A stretch of 64,000 nt of DNA from an uncultured Methanobacteriaceae archaeon (lineage in GTDB: Archaea > Methanobacteriota > Methanobacteria > Methanobacteriales > Methanobacteriaceae): positions 307,847-371,846 of the forward strand of contig CAWAUS010000002.1 of NCBI GenBank assembly GCA_963785285.1. Direction: 5' to 3'. A program made the translations under genes and the position numbers. The notes beneath the pieces were generated by a model. The model was not told where the DNA came from and did not search any database. It worked only from the letters and a program-made list of their open reading frames with translations. This document shows, one piece after another, positions 10,240-21,024 of the stretch. Each line of letters begins with the position of its first letter. Positions within the stretch are counted from its first letter, which is position 1.

Positions 10240-11594
10240 CTTGCTACCTCGAATTCCCTTTCAAATAATATTGCTCTTGCAGGACACACATTGTTACATG
10301 CACCGCAGTATATGCACTTTGAATCATCTACAGTAAGTCTGCCCTTCTCATCTTCAAAAATAGCTTCCTCTGGGCAGGTTTTCATACAAAGTTTACAATT
10401 CATACATAACTTATTTTCCACAAATACAAACCCATCTTTTATAGATTTTTTATGCATGGTTGTTGTTGGAATTGCATCTTGTGGGCAGTGAATTGCACAT
10501 TTTTCGCATAATGCACATTTTCCAAGATCTACATCAATACTACCTCTTTTAAGAGTTATGGCATCTTTTGGACACAGTTCTGCACATATTCCACAGGATA
10601 TACAATCTTCAGATACTTCCCCATTCCATGTGATATTCCTAAAGCTTCTTGCTTCATTTAAATCGCATGCTTTTACACATCTTCCGCATGAAACACAGTA
10701 TCCTTTAATTCTGCGCTCATCTTCATCTGATTCTCTTAATATTCCGACTGGGCATGCATCCAGACATTTCATGGTATCGCATTCTTCACAGAGTGAAGGA
10801 TCATAGCGTATTTTGCCATCTACCATTTTTAATGCTCCGAATTCACATGCTTCAGTACATAAACCACAATTTAAGCATGAAATAATGTTTCCTTCTATTT
10901 CTTGGCCTTCTTCTGGCTTCCTTATTTTTACTTTAAAATCATCAATAGATATGGCTTTATTAGGACATTCTTTAACACATTTAAGGCATAAAGTACATTT
11001 TTCTGGGTCAATAGTTGTATCTGAAATGGCCTCTGCAGGACATACATCTTCACAAACTCTACATTCAGTACATACGCCAAGATCAGTATCAACAATTATG
11101 GCATCAGTTGGGCAATAGTATTCACATCTACCACACAGAGTACATTTTTCAGCATCTGTAAGCACATTAACTCGATTAGCGATTTCATCGACTTTTTTAA
11201 CTCTTATTTCTGGTGGATTTGTTAGATTTAAAGATTCAAGGAACTTAAGTTGCCTATCTTCTATGACATCATAAGCATCTACTCTTGCATCAATTGGGCA
11301 TGTATCTACACATACTCCACAGCGGGAACATATTCCTTTTACCATATCTCCTTCAATTTTTATGTTGTTTACTGGACATGTTAGTTCGCAAACTCCACAA
11401 GCATTACATTTTGCTCTGTCTACTACATATCCTCCATATTTATTTTTGAAGATGGCTCTGTTTGGACATGCATCTGCACAAGCGCCGCATGTAATACAGC
11501 TAAATGCTTTGCCTTCTATTAATCTTATTGCACCTGTTGGGCATTCTTTGGTACATTCTCCGATGCCTTCGCATTTTTTGGTTGATAAAAACAT
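10236..11594 (-). CDS. ehbK: 14x[4Fe-4S] polyferredoxin subunit of Ehb
   Basis: 14 consecutive CxxCxxCxxxC(P) motifs counted in 452 aa, from [12 protein letters not shown] through [12 protein letters not shown]. This matches the known 14-cluster EhbK. Confidence 0.85.
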   Translation of the reverse strand: MFLSTKKCEGIGECTKECPTGAIRLIEGKAFSCITCGACADACPNRAIFKNKYGGYVVDRAKCNACGVCELTCPVNNIKIEGDMVKGICSRCGVCVDTCPIDARVDAYDVIEDRQLKFLESLNLTNPPEIRVKKVDEIANRVNVLTDAEKCTLCGRCEYYCPTDAIIVDTDLGVCTECRVCEDVCPAEAISDTTIDPEKCTLCLKCVKECPNKAISIDDFKVKIRKPEEGQEIEGNIISCLNCGLCTEACEFGALKMVDGKIRYDPSLCEECDTMKCLDACPVGILRESDEDERRIKGYCVSCGRCVKACDLNEARSFRNITWNGEVSEDCISCGICAELCPKDAITLKRGSIDVDLGKCALCEKCAIHCPQDAIPTTTMHKKSIKDGFVFVENKLCMNCKLCMKTCPEEAIFEDEKGRLTVDDSKCIYCGACNNVCPARAILFEREFEVAR

Positions 11595-11704
11595 GATCTT
11601 TGCCCTCTGATATTTTACTTATTTTGATGTGTACTCACTACACTTGCTATAACTTCAAATTAATTTTTTTTGGACTTTATTACATTTTATTTAATTGTTA
11701 TAAT

Positions 11705-11980
11705 TTAGCTAATTTGAGCTTTATTGCTTTTTGACCTTCCAAATATTAATTTACCGATGATTAGGCCTATAATTGCTGATACATACCCTGATGCAAGGGG
11801 AACATCGGCATAATAAGGGAAAGCCCCTATGAAGTATGCTACTATAATTGCTGTAATCAATACAATTGCATAAACTTCAACACCAAACTTTAATTTACTT
11901 TCTGGACTTGGTTTAATTCTAGTTCCGAGTATAAACCCTAGTAAGAATCCCAGTACTAATGGGCCAATATAGAAAATCAT
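11705..11980 (-). CDS. ehbJ: Ehb small membrane subunit J
   Basis: 91-aa, two-TM protein. Position 10 of 15 in the operon. Overlaps ehbI by 4 nt. Confidence 0.6.
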   Translation of the reverse strand: MIFYIGPLVLGFLLGFILGTRIKPSPESKLKFGVEVYAIVLITAIIVAYFIGAFPYYADVPLASGYVSAIIGLIIGKLIFGRSKSNKAQIS

Positions 11981-12447
11981 TGTTCATTCTCTCCAAGAAT
12001 TTTGTCACTTTCCAAGAAAGCTATTACTACGGCGATTAGGCCTACAAATACTTTTATACCCACTACATAGTTAAGATAAGGTATAATTCCAGCGTTTGTT
12101 GGATTGGGATAATTAAATATAGTTTGTATTGTTGATGGAACTATGCCGTAAATGTCAACTCCTAAATTGTAAAGGAAAAATCCTGATGTAAATAAGCCTG
12201 CCAGCCCTAAAAATACATATCCTAGAGCTCCAATGCTTTCCATTGATGCTATGAAATTGTGTGAAAGTTTGAAAGGACTTTCTTTAAGTCCGTAGACAAT
12301 GATACAGAATATTAATCCTCCTGCTATCATTGCACCTCCCTGGAAACCTCCACCGGGAGTTATGTGTCCTCCAAGGATAGTGTTTATTCCTAAAAGGATT
12401 ATTATAATTGAAATTGGAAATACGAATAATTTAAGGATTGTACTCAT
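11977..12447 (-). CDS. ehbI: Ehb membrane subunit I (MnhB/MrpB-like, 'PGGGFQGG' motif)
   Basis: '[19 protein letters not shown]' MrpB-type motif. Polytopic membrane protein. Confidence 0.65.
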   Translation of the reverse strand: MSTILKLFVFPISIIIILLGINTILGGHITPGGGFQGGAMIAGGLIFCIIVYGLKESPFKLSHNFIASMESIGALGYVFLGLAGLFTSGFFLYNLGVDIYGIVPSTIQTIFNYPNPTNAGIIPYLNYVVGIKVFVGLIAVVIAFLESDKILGENEQ

Positions 12448-12768
12448 TTGTCTTCCTCCTTTTCATCCTCTTTGTCATCATCGTCTTCCTCTTCTCCTCC
12501 GAGATCTACCATTCCTCTTCCGAATACCAGAAGGGTTACAACGACTGCAGTTACAAGTATCAATGCTTCACCAAGGGTATCATAACCTCTCCAGTCAAAT
12601 ACAACAGTTGTAACAGCGTTAGGGGCAATACTTGGACTTATCCAATTGTAGATCTGACTTATACCGGGTACTAAGTATCTGGTCAAATCCGTATATTGCT
12701 TGAAACAATGTAACAGCGAATAAAGCCAGAGATATACTGGCGATAAGATTTCTTATTCCTTCAGACAT
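12444..12768 (-). CDS. ehbH: Ehb membrane subunit H (MrpB-domain '[10 protein letters not shown]'), probable frameshift near 12686-12700, highly acidic C-terminal tail
   Basis: An ATG at 12768 overlaps the ehbG stop (ATGTCTGA) and gives the TM helix '[28 protein letters not shown]'. The conserved '[23 protein letters not shown]' and the tail '[18 protein letters not shown]' lie in another frame starting with TTG at 12686. Confidence 0.55.
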
Positions 12769-13099
12769 TTAAACTCCCCCAGTAGAACAGTGTTGTGATA
12801 ATTCCAAGTGCCAAAATCACGTAAAAAACCATGCTGTTAAGAGAATCATTCTGTTCTTTCCTTAATTTTGGCATTATTGGCATGGCAAAAACTATTATTG
12901 CTATCACCAGAAGTACTGCTACGACCATTAAAGCGTTACTATAATATCTTAACATTATAACTGCAACTAAAATGGATGATAAAAGTGTTATTTCCGCTGC
13001 CAATGTTGATGAAGCTGCAATGCTGGTAACAGGTTCACCTTCTTTATCATAGTCTTGAATTTCTTTTATTTTATTTATTATAATGTCATAAAGGCTCAT
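12761..13099 (-). CDS. ehbG: Ehb membrane subunit G
   Basis: 112-aa hydrophobic protein. Position 7 of the operon. Confidence 0.6.
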   Translation of the reverse strand: MSLYDIIINKIKEIQDYDKEGEPVTSIAASSTLAAEITLLSSILVAVIMLRYYSNALMVVAVLLVIAIIVFAMPIMPKLRKEQNDSLNSMVFYVILALGIITTLFYWGSLNV

Positions 13100-13126
13100 A
13101 GAATCCCTCTATTTATCATCTTATCA

Positions 13127-14620
13127 TCATATTAAACTATTTGCAAGTGGTTGTAGATAACTGGTTGCAATTTGTGGGAATAGACCTAGTATAATACAGA
13201 TTATTAAGAATACAACCAGTGAAAATATAGTTGCTTTTGGTATTTTTGAATCATTAATTTTAAGCTCTTTTGGTTTAGGACGCATGAAAATGGCATAAAA
13301 TGCCTTCATAAATGTCATGAATGTAACAATACTTAAAAGTATCATTATTATACCTAATTCAGGTATTCCTGCGTTTAATGATGACTGAATCAACATCAAT
13401 TTACTCTGGAAAGCATTTAGTGGAGGTACACCTGCCATAGCTAATCCTGCTAAAAGCACTAATAATGCTACTTTTGGGGATTGTATCATCATTCCTCCAA
13501 GTTTTCGGATATCACTTTCTTTAGTGAGATATAAAATTGTACCGAACCCAATAAACAGGAATGCTGTTATTATAGCTTCGTTTACTGCCTGGAAAAGACC
13601 TGCAGTTATACTGGCAGCTGTTCCAAGTCCCAAACCTATTCCGATATATCCAAGCTCTCCAACTGCAAGAAAACCTATAATACGTTTGAAATCAGTTTGC
13701 ATCAGTGCCATGGTTATGCTGAGTATCATCGCGATTAAAGATATTGCAATGATGAATACTTTTGTAAATGGAAGGAATGCGAATATTTTAATAATTATTA
13801 ATCCAAGTGCCACTAATGTAAATACAGAAAATGCCTGAAGTAGGGCAGCACCGTGTGGAAGTGCTTTACTATATATTTCTGACTTTATAGTATGGAATGG
13901 AGGTAATCCTGCAGCATATAACCATCCAAATGTTATGAGACCACATGCCATAAGTAATACTGGATTTTGTGGATTTACAAGTCCGTTTTGAATTGAATAA
14001 ATTATGTCAGTTATGTTAACATTACCTGTAACTCCAAGAAGTAGTGCTATTCCAAGTAGAAGGAGTGGGGACGCGATACTTCCTATGATCATGTATTTTA
14101 AAGCTGCTTCTAAGTTACCTTTAACTTTAGAGGCAACTACAATTCCCACTTGGGTTATGGCAATAATTTCAAAGAAGACGTATAAATTGAATATATCGTC
14201 TGTTAAAATAATTGCAGACATTGAAGCAACTCCCATGAACATGAGAAATGCATAAACTCCTGATGACCTTCTTGTTTCGCTTAATGATGTTAATATGGCT
14301 AAAAATGCTATTATTCCCAGTACAACCATAAAAATCTGCTGTGCACTTCCAAAGGAATATGTTATAGCTGGGTGAAATACATTTAAAGCTGAAGCGGTTA
14401 TTGATGCAGGTAAACCCTGTGCTAATGTTGGATTTTCAATTAAAGGAGCATATCCTCCAAAATAATGAAGTCCATAGTTTGTAAATAAGGGTATTATTGG
14501 TAAAACTAAAGCTATAATAATTGCAAGTACCTTTACAGTCCGATCCTTGGTATGGAACAGGTTTAAAAGTAATGCACATGCGATAGGTATTATAACCATT
14601 AATGGAATCAGCGGATTCAT
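13127..14620 (-). CDS. ehbF: Ehb large antiporter-like membrane subunit (NuoN/MnhD family)
   Basis: 497-aa protein with about 14 TM segments and Mrp/NuoL/M/N-type architecture. Position 6 of the operon. Confidence 0.75.
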   Translation of the reverse strand: MNPLIPLMVIIPIACALLLNLFHTKDRTVKVLAIIIALVLPIIPLFTNYGLHYFGGYAPLIENPTLAQGLPASITASALNVFHPAITYSFGSAQQIFMVVLGIIAFLAILTSLSETRRSSGVYAFLMFMGVASMSAIILTDDIFNLYVFFEIIAITQVGIVVASKVKGNLEAALKYMIIGSIASPLLLLGIALLLGVTGNVNITDIIYSIQNGLVNPQNPVLLMACGLITFGWLYAAGLPPFHTIKSEIYSKALPHGAALLQAFSVFTLVALGLIIIKIFAFLPFTKVFIIAISLIAMILSITMALMQTDFKRIIGFLAVGELGYIGIGLGLGTAASITAGLFQAVNEAIITAFLFIGFGTILYLTKESDIRKLGGMMIQSPKVALLVLLAGLAMAGVPPLNAFQSKLMLIQSSLNAGIPELGIIMILLSIVTFMTFMKAFYAIFMRPKPKELKINDSKIPKATIFSLVVFLIICIILGLFPQIATSYLQPLANSLI

Positions 14621-14632
14621 AAACTATCACCT

Positions 14633-15025
14633 TTAGCTGTGAGTTTCTAATCTATGATTTTCTTTTTCTCCAAGAATCTTGGATGCTTTTATGGATCCGT
14701 ATTTTTTATAAAGTACTATTATTAAAGCGAGCATTACGGCAAGTGTACTTGCACCTATAACAATACTGGTAAGTACTAATGCAAATGGTAGTGGATAAGA
14801 AGCGTTTTGGGCAAACCAGTCCCTAGCCATTCCTGGAAGGAATATATAAACTATTCCACCTGCTTTATAACCCATTGTTACTATAAAAAGATTTACTCCA
14901 TCTGCAATGAATAAAAGCCCTATTACCTTTTTTATTAAGTTATCAATGAAAAGGGCTGCAAATAGGCCTATTATTATTAATGCTCCTGCTGTAAAGAATG
15001 ATGCAAGTTGTGGGTCTAAAATCAT
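14633..15025 (-). CDS. ehbE: Ehb membrane subunit E
   Basis: 130-aa polytopic membrane protein within the operon. Confidence 0.6.
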   Translation of the reverse strand: MILDPQLASFFTAGALIIIGLFAALFIDNLIKKVIGLLFIADGVNLFIVTMGYKAGGIVYIFLPGMARDWFAQNASYPLPFALVLTSIVIGASTLAVMLALIIVLYKKYGSIKASKILGEKENHRLETHS

Positions 15026-15054
15026 GATAATTCCTCAATAATAAAGTGATTATA

Positions 15055-15291
15055 TTAGTCTTCCTCCATTCTACGTGTCTTTTTAACAGCCAGTGCGAAG
15101 AATACTGGCACTATTGCTGTACCTACTATGGCTTGAGTTAATGCTACATCTGGAGCTAGTAAAAATTGGAACAAGAAAGCAATTGCAGCTCCGGCAATTC
15201 CAGTTAATATGGCTGCTTTGAGGAGATCTCTCTGTGTAAGAGCTATAACAGCCCCAAGAACCGTTACAATCATCAATATATATTCAATCAT
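15055..15291 (-). CDS. ehbD: Ehb membrane subunit D
   Basis: 78 aa, two TM helices. Overlaps ehbC by 4 nt. Confidence 0.6.
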   Translation of the reverse strand: MIEYILMIVTVLGAVIALTQRDLLKAAILTGIAGAAIAFLFQFLLAPDVALTQAIVGTAIVPVFFALAVKKTRRMEED

Positions 15292-15560
15292 CTTGCTTCC
15301 TCCCCATAATAATATGCATTAGCTATAGCATGTGATGCAAACGGTGTAAGGAAGAAATAAGTAACTGCTAAAAGCGGTTCATTCAGGGCAAGTAATGCTA
15401 CAATACATGCCATATCAGCAACACCAAGCATATGAACCCTAGCATAAAGAATTCTTTCCATATCATCTTTATATCGTATAATTCCAAATGCAGTAAGGAC
15501 TATAAGCACCGCTGCTATTATCAATATTGCTGATTTTATCAAAGTAATTATATCTGCCAC
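15288..15560 (-). CDS. ehbC: Ehb membrane subunit C (MnhG-like)
   Basis: 90-aa membrane protein. Position 3 of the operon. Confidence 0.6.
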   Translation of the reverse strand: MADIITLIKSAILIIAAVLIVLTAFGIIRYKDDMERILYARVHMLGVADMACIVALLALNEPLLAVTYFFLTPFASHAIANAYYYGEEAR

Positions 15561-15561
15561 T

Positions 15562-15867
15562 TTACCATCCTCTTATGACTTTTGAAAATGCTATAGTACC
15601 AATTGGACCTAATATAACTAGTGCAAGAGCTATATCTTTACAAAAAGCTATTCCATAAATATTATTAACTAAAATTAGTATTGTTGCTACTGCTATACTT
15701 AAACCGAGCAGCCCTACGATTCCCATGGAAATGGTTTTCCTGGTTGCAATTCTTATTGTCGCAATTGCGTAAAATGCCAGCGCTGCCATTAGAATATATT
15801 GAGATAATAGTAGTATATCCATTTTAACACCTTTATACTGTGATTTATTGTTATTTACTCTAGCCAT
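15562..15867 (-). CDS. ehbB: Ehb membrane subunit B (MnhF-like)
   Basis: 101-aa membrane protein. The true start may be the internal 'MDILLL' at about 15822. Confidence 0.6.
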   Translation of the reverse strand: MARVNNNKSQYKGVKMDILLLSQYILMAALAFYAIATIRIATRKTISMGIVGLLGLSIAVATILILVNNIYGIAFCKDIALALVILGPIGTIAFSKVIRGW

Positions 15868-16169
15868 CCTTTAATATATGGTTCGAAGGGTATTACATCT
15901 TCTTTTGCTCTTGGAACAATAGTTGCTACTTTTATTATGCAGTTTTCAGAATCTACATCAATTGAAAGCGTACCTGGAGTTAGAGTTATGCTGTTTGCAA
16001 GTATAACTTGAGAAATTGGTCTTTTAAGCTCAGTATCGATTTCAACTATTACTGGTTCGACTTTTCCATTCATGGTTCGCAGTGCCACATCAAATGTGGC
16101 TTTTATTATTTCTATAATGAGTACGATGAAATATGCTATTGCATAAAATATTCTAAATAAGATATTCAT
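15855..16169 (-). CDS. ehbA: Ehb subunit A (MnhE/MrpE-like)
   Basis: '[45 protein letters not shown]' MrpE-type motif. First gene of the operon. Confidence 0.7.
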   Translation of the reverse strand: MNILFRIFYAIAYFIVLIIEIIKATFDVALRTMNGKVEPVIVEIDTELKRPISQVILANSITLTPGTLSIDVDSENCIIKVATIVPRAKEDVIPFEPYIKGWLE

Positions 16170-16197
16170 GAATTAACCTCTCTAATTATTGCAAACG

Positions 16198-16208
16198 ATA
16201 TAATTTTA
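16198..16208 (-). promoter_or_regulatory. candidate archaeal TATA box for the ehb operon
   Basis: 'AAAATTATAT' on the minus strand, about 35 nt upstream of the ehbA ATG. A second, stronger 'TTTATATA' lies at about 16308-16315. Confidence 0.25.
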
Positions 16209-16397
16209 AGACTATTTGGTTAATTGCCATGGTTAATGAGTGAAGAATCATTAATCACCTTTGGAAATCTAACCATGAAACATGTAATTATAATGATAAA
16301 ACATGATATATAAATCTACCTCTTTTTTCTTAAAGAAGATATTATACCACACATAGTAATACTAAATCATAAATCGTTCTTATATACTTGTAGTAAA

Positions 16398-17075
16398 TCA
16401 AATTAGACTATATTTATACTTAAAGATAAAAATAAATGATGATAATCCCCATAAAATGAACAATGCAGTTCCTAAACCTTTTTTGAATTTTCTAGATGAT
16501 AATGGGTTAAATAATTCTATTCCCATTGGAGTAAAAAGATCAAGCAGCACATGGCTTAAAGAACCTAATAATACTGCTAAAAAAGTGTAATAAAAACTCA
16601 AATTTGAATTTGGAGCGATAATTATACCAATAGATGCAAGAATAATGAAAGGTAATAGTATTTTCTTATTTAGGACTATGATTCCTAAAATAAAAGATAT
16701 AATTATTGTGAGGATTTTACTGTCAATAACACCATAAAATAGAGCATAAAATCCTAAAATAAAAAATGACAATAGAAATGATAAAACAAATATTCCAGAT
16801 AATGAATGGCTGAATCCTCTATGCTTAGATAAATAGAATATTAACGCCATTACAATTAGAGAAATCCCTATTAAAAATGGAATTTTTAGAATATACAGTA
16901 TACTAGATATTAATATTCCAAAAATAGACATTAAAATAAGATTATTTTTCTTTACATGATGATCCATATCAATAATAGAAGCCCCAATTACTGCAAGTGA
17001 AAGATAAAAAACATCATGAAAGAAAGGTAGAGCTATTATTAATGAAAATAGTGCATGTTTTTTGTAAGAAGGCAT
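16398..17075 (-). CDS. membrane-bound metal-dependent hydrolase (DUF457/YdjM-like)
   Basis: Polytopic protein with 'IIDMDHH' His motif. Paralogous to 34851..35798. Confidence 0.6.
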   Translation of the reverse strand: MPSYKKHALFSLIIALPFFHDVFYLSLAVIGASIIDMDHHVKKNNLILMSIFGILISSILYILKIPFLIGISLIVMALIFYLSKHRGFSHSLSGIFVLSFLLSFFILGFYALFYGVIDSKILTIIISFILGIIVLNKKILLPFIILASIGIIIAPNSNLSFYYTFLAVLLGSLSHVLLDLFTPMGIELFNPLSSRKFKKGLGTALFILWGLSSFIFIFKYKYSLI

Positions 17076-17151
17076 ATTATCACGTTAGGGATCAAAACTT
17101 GAAAAAACAATGTATTATCAGTTTAATATCAAATTATTTAAATTATTGGCC

Positions 17152-17886
17152 TTAAATAATATTAAAATAATCTAAATAGTACTTCATTTGAAGATAAGAC
17201 TTTTCTGGACTTTTAGAGTCAACTAAACCGTTTCTTGACACAACTTCACAAGTTATAGCTGGAATTCCTTCAAGATTACATTCGTCTTCAAGTGCTCCAT
17301 TGTATATACTTCCAGCTTCATCATGAACGATCATTTTTGATGAAGTATTTTCAGTTATGTGCTTAGCCATTAAATAACTTTCAGCACATGGCTTTTTAGA
17401 ACAAAAAACGCTTTGAACACCAGGATTACTTCCAGGTTTTGTAGAGTGAAAATCACCCACAGCACTTATTTTGAGAGATTTAATGGTATTTATTATGTTA
17501 TTTGATATAAAACCGCCTTTAGAAGCAATTCTGTTCATATCTATCCCTTTAAATCTCCTTGAATTTTCCATAGTAGCATGAGGTACAGCAAATGGTATTA
17601 TATAAAGAGTTCCATTTAGTTCTTCCTTCAATAAATCATTTATCAGCCGAATTGCAGCAATTTGGGGAGGTAGTTCATTTCCATGTATCCCTGCAGTAAT
17701 CATTATTTTAGGAGTTCCATGTCCTATTTTTAAAAGAGGAGTTCCTAATTTTGCCACATGAACTAAATCATTCGTAAGGCTACTTTTAGATATATATCTC
17801 ATTAATATGATATTTTTTTCAATTTCGCCTCTGGTTTCCTGGGAAATGATCCTTATATTTTCTTTGAGGGGCACTGCTTCCACCAA
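17152..17886 (-). CDS. succinylglutamate desuccinylase/aspartoacylase-family zinc hydrolase
   Basis: 'ITAGIHGNELPPQIAAIRLINDL' AstE/AspA motif. Confidence 0.7.
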   Translation of the reverse strand: MVEAVPLKENIRIISQETRGEIEKNIILMRYISKSSLTNDLVHVAKLGTPLLKIGHGTPKIMITAGIHGNELPPQIAAIRLINDLLKEELNGTLYIIPFAVPHATMENSRRFKGIDMNRIASKGGFISNNIINTIKSLKISAVGDFHSTKPGSNPGVQSVFCSKKPCAESYLMAKHITENTSSKMIVHDEAGSIYNGALEDECNLEGIPAITCEVVSRNGLVDSKSPEKSYLQMKYYLDYFNII

Positions 17887-17957
17887 GTTTAAATTGATAA
17901 TCTTCTATACTTATTTTATATTCTTTATAGACTCATATAAATAATCAAGGTGAAATA

Positions 17958-19139
17958 ATGAAAAAAGTGGTTCTCGCATTCAGTGGAGGCTTAGATACAT
18001 CAGTATGCATTAAATTACTAGAAGAAAATTATGACATGGAAGTTATAACTGCATGTGTAGATGTAGGACAGCCTGAAGAAGAAATAGAAAGACCAGCAGC
18101 AGCTGCAGATAAAATTGGTTCTTTAAAACATTACACAATAGACGCAAAGGATGAATTTGCAGAAAATTTTATATCCAGGGCCATTAAAGCTAACGCCCTT
18201 TATGAAGGTTACCCATTAAGTACAGCACTTGCAAGGCCGTTAATTGCTATGAAAATAGTGGAACTTGCTAAAAAAGAAGGTGCAGATGCAATAGCTCATG
18301 GATGCACAGGTAAAGGTAATGATCAGTTCAGATTTGAAACTATAATAAGAGCAAGGTCTGATCTGGATGTAATTGCCCCAATAAGAGATTTAAACCTTAC
18401 AAGGAGTGAAGAAATTAAATATGCAGAAAGTCACAATATCCCTCTTCCTTCTGATAAGCAGTACAGTATCGATGAAAACTTATGGGGAAGATCCATTGAA
18501 GGAGATATATTAGAAGACCCAATGGTTGAAACTCCAGAGGAAGCTTTTGAATGGACAAATTCAACAGACGAGGCACCTGATGAAGCACAAATTTTAGAGA
18601 TTAAATTTGAAGATGGAGTTCCTGTAGCTTTAGATAATGAAAAAATGGGTGCACTGGATTTAATTAAAAAATGCAATGAAATTGCAGGTGCACATGGAAT
18701 TGGTAGAATTGATATAATTGAAGACAGGATAATTGGCCTTAAATCAAGGGAAAATTACGAAGTACCTGGAGCGATTTTAATTATTACAGCTCATAAGGCG
18801 CTTGAACAGCTAACATTAACAAGAAGTGAACTTAAATTTGCAGCGTATGTATCTGAAGTTTACTCTGAGCTTATTTACGATGGGTTATGGCATGATCCTT
18901 TAAGAGAAGATTTAGATGCTCTTGTTGATAATATGCAGAAAAGAGTAACTGGAACAGTTAAAGTGAAGTTACATAAAGGAAATCTCAGAATTCTTGGAAG
19001 AGAATCTCCTTACAGTTTATATAATGAAGAAACTGTTTCATTTGAAGATAAAGGTATGGATCAGCGTGAAATGACTGGAATGGTTAAAAATTACGGAATT
19101 CAAGCTGCAGCATACAATAAGATATGTAAAAAGGATTAA
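17958..19139 (+). CDS. argG: argininosuccinate synthase
   Basis: '[21 protein letters not shown]' PP-loop. 393 aa. RBS AAGGTGA. Confidence 0.9.
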   Translation: MKKVVLAFSGGLDTSVCIKLLEENYDMEVITACVDVGQPEEEIERPAAAADKIGSLKHYTIDAKDEFAENFISRAIKANALYEGYPLSTALARPLIAMKIVELAKKEGADAIAHGCTGKGNDQFRFETIIRARSDLDVIAPIRDLNLTRSEEIKYAESHNIPLPSDKQYSIDENLWGRSIEGDILEDPMVETPEEAFEWTNSTDEAPDEAQILEIKFEDGVPVALDNEKMGALDLIKKCNEIAGAHGIGRIDIIEDRIIGLKSRENYEVPGAILIITAHKALEQLTLTRSELKFAAYVSEVYSELIYDGLWHDPLREDLDALVDNMQKRVTGTVKVKLHKGNLRILGRESPYSLYNEETVSFEDKGMDQREMTGMVKNYGIQAAAYNKICKKD

Positions 19140-19269
19140 AATTCCTTTTAAACACTTTATTTTCAACTTATTTTAAACATTTTTAATATTAAATTACTAT
19201 TTTTGATTTTTAGACTTCTATTTTTAACGAAATCCTAATTATTTAAATAGTATTAATAAAAATATCATA

Positions 19270-19929
19270 TTGGTGATTTTATTGAGGATGTCTAGTAAGT
19301 CTATAGGGATAATAATTGGATTTCTGGTTTTAATTGTCTTAAGCTCTGGATGTATATCAGTTGGTGGATTTGCAGATGTTTTAAATATAGGTGATGAATC
19401 CGGTAATTTCACTGAACTCAATAAAACTGCTAATAACACTTATTCTGTTGATGGGGTTAGTTTTAAATGCCCTGATAATTGGTCTGTTGGTGTTTTAAAG
19501 GAAGATGGAATAACTACAATTGCAGCTGCTCCTCAGCTTCGTGAAAGTAATACTACAGCATCTACATCTACATTTGGCCCATTTGGATTTGAGAGTGGTG
19601 GTGTTGCATGGTCATCTGCCAATCCTCAATTTAAGGTAGATATAATCTCTAATAATGGTATATCAGAGCAAGAAGCAATTAATCAAGTTAAAAATGACAT
19701 GCTCCCTGGTGGAGATAAAATTTCAAGCGAAAATATCACAATAGATGGTGAAAATGCCTTTAAAGATGTATTAGTTTTGAACGATACAGAAGTAATAGAG
19801 AGATTTGAATACATATATTTCGTTAAAAATGGAAAAACTTACCTGATAACTTTTTCAGCCGCGGATAAAGATTTCGATAAAGAAAAGAAGAACTTTAACA
19901 TTATTCTAAATACTTTTAAAGTTCAATAA
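19270..19929 (+). CDS. secreted/lipoprotein-like hypothetical protein
   Basis: N-terminal signal peptide followed by 'LSSGCISVGG'. The probable start is the internal 'MSSKSIG' at about 19291. Confidence 0.5.
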   Translation: MVILLRMSSKSIGIIIGFLVLIVLSSGCISVGGFADVLNIGDESGNFTELNKTANNTYSVDGVSFKCPDNWSVGVLKEDGITTIAAAPQLRESNTTASTSTFGPFGFESGGVAWSSANPQFKVDIISNNGISEQEAINQVKNDMLPGGDKISSENITIDGENAFKDVLVLNDTEVIERFEYIYFVKNGKTYLITFSAADKDFDKEKKNFNIILNTFKVQ

Positions 19930-20006
19930 AATTTCTATTTTTTATATTAAGAAATAATCCCATAAAATTATTAATCATTATAAACAAATAATAAAAATGT
20001 GATAAA

Positions 20007-20261
20007 ATGGCTTTTGAACTCGTAGGTATTGCTATACTTATAATTTTCATAATAATTGGGGTTGTAATTTTAGTTAAAATAGGAGGATTGCTTTTAAGAA
20101 TACTTCTTCATGCAATCCTTGGATGGATTTTACTTTTTCTGGTAAATTTATTCCCATACGTCAATATTCCAATAAATATATTAACGATTTTAGTTGCTGG
20201 ATTTGGAGGAGTATTTGGAGTTATAGCTTTGTTAATTGCACAAGCTCTTGGATTCTTTTAA
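20007..20261 (+). CDS. small membrane protein (84 aa, 3 TM)
   Basis: Hydrophobic ORF in an otherwise empty intergenic region. Confidence 0.4.
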   Translation: MAFELVGIAILIIFIIIGVVILVKIGGLLLRILLHAILGWILLFLVNLFPYVNIPINILTILVAGFGGVFGVIALLIAQALGFF

Positions 20262-20310
20262 ACACTATATTTGCATTTAATTTATTGGATAATCCTAAAA
20301 ATAGATACTA

Positions 20311-20949
20311 TTATCTATTTTCTCTTTTCTTTTTAATAATATAAAATATGATCCCTAGAATGATAATTATTGTTATTATTTCATTTAAGAAGGATATATT
20401 ATCTACTAAGCTTAAATAAACATTTCCAACTTGCCATCCTATGATTCCAAGTATGGTGGCTTGTATTAACGCACCAAAAAATGTGATAATTAAATAGTTT
20501 CTAAGGGGATATTTAATAAGGCCACAAAATAGGCTTATAGCTATGCTTGGAATTATTGGTAAGCAACGTGCAAAGAAAAGGAACAAATAATCATATCGGC
20601 TCTGTTTAACTCGATTTTCAACACCTTGAATATCCTCTATAGATACTCCTAAATATTTACCTGCACGCTTAATAAATGGAGATCCTATCTTATAGGAGAG
20701 TCCATAGTAAACTAAAGAACCTAAAGTAACGCCTGTAGCTGCAGGAATTGAAACATTTAAAAATAGCGTTTTCATAGCCTCTAAAGAGAAAGTAGAACCG
20801 GTCATTATAATAAAACTTGAACCTAAAACAATTATACTTGAAGGTATAGGGGCAATTATCTGCTCTAATATGGAACCCAAAAATACTCCTAAAGCTCCAT
20901 TGGTCATGAAAAAATCTTGAAGAGCAGTTAAAATAGACATAAAAATCAT
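20311..20949 (-). CDS. DedA/SNARE-associated (TVP38/TMEM64) family membrane protein
   Basis: 'VFLGSILEQIIAPIPSSIIVLGSSFI' DedA core. Confidence 0.65.
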   Translation of the reverse strand: MIFMSILTALQDFFMTNGALGVFLGSILEQIIAPIPSSIIVLGSSFIIMTGSTFSLEAMKTLFLNVSIPAATGVTLGSLVYYGLSYKIGSPFIKRAGKYLGVSIEDIQGVENRVKQSRYDYLFLFFARCLPIIPSIAISLFCGLIKYPLRNYLIITFFGALIQATILGIIGWQVGNVYLSLVDNISFLNEIITIIIILGIIFYIIKKKRENR

Positions 20950-21024
20950 TTTTCCCTTTAATATAATTTAGGCCTTTACTTTTTTTAGTTTCGAGAAAAT
21001 AAAAAATTTTGTAATTAAAATTAG

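Noticed and set aside
10291-11610. Four 66-101-aa plus-strand ORFs (10291..10491, 10558..10806, 10813..11118, 11362..11610) inside the polyferredoxin gene
   Set aside because: Antisense shadow ORFs of ehbK. They are His/Ser/Ala-rich because they are reverse complements of Cys/Ala codons, and have no start context.
12299-14255. Plus-strand ORFs 12299..12613, 13524..13838 and 14004..14255 within ehb membrane-subunit genes
   Set aside because: Antisense to strongly supported membrane-protein genes. Low-complexity Pro/Ile-rich translations.
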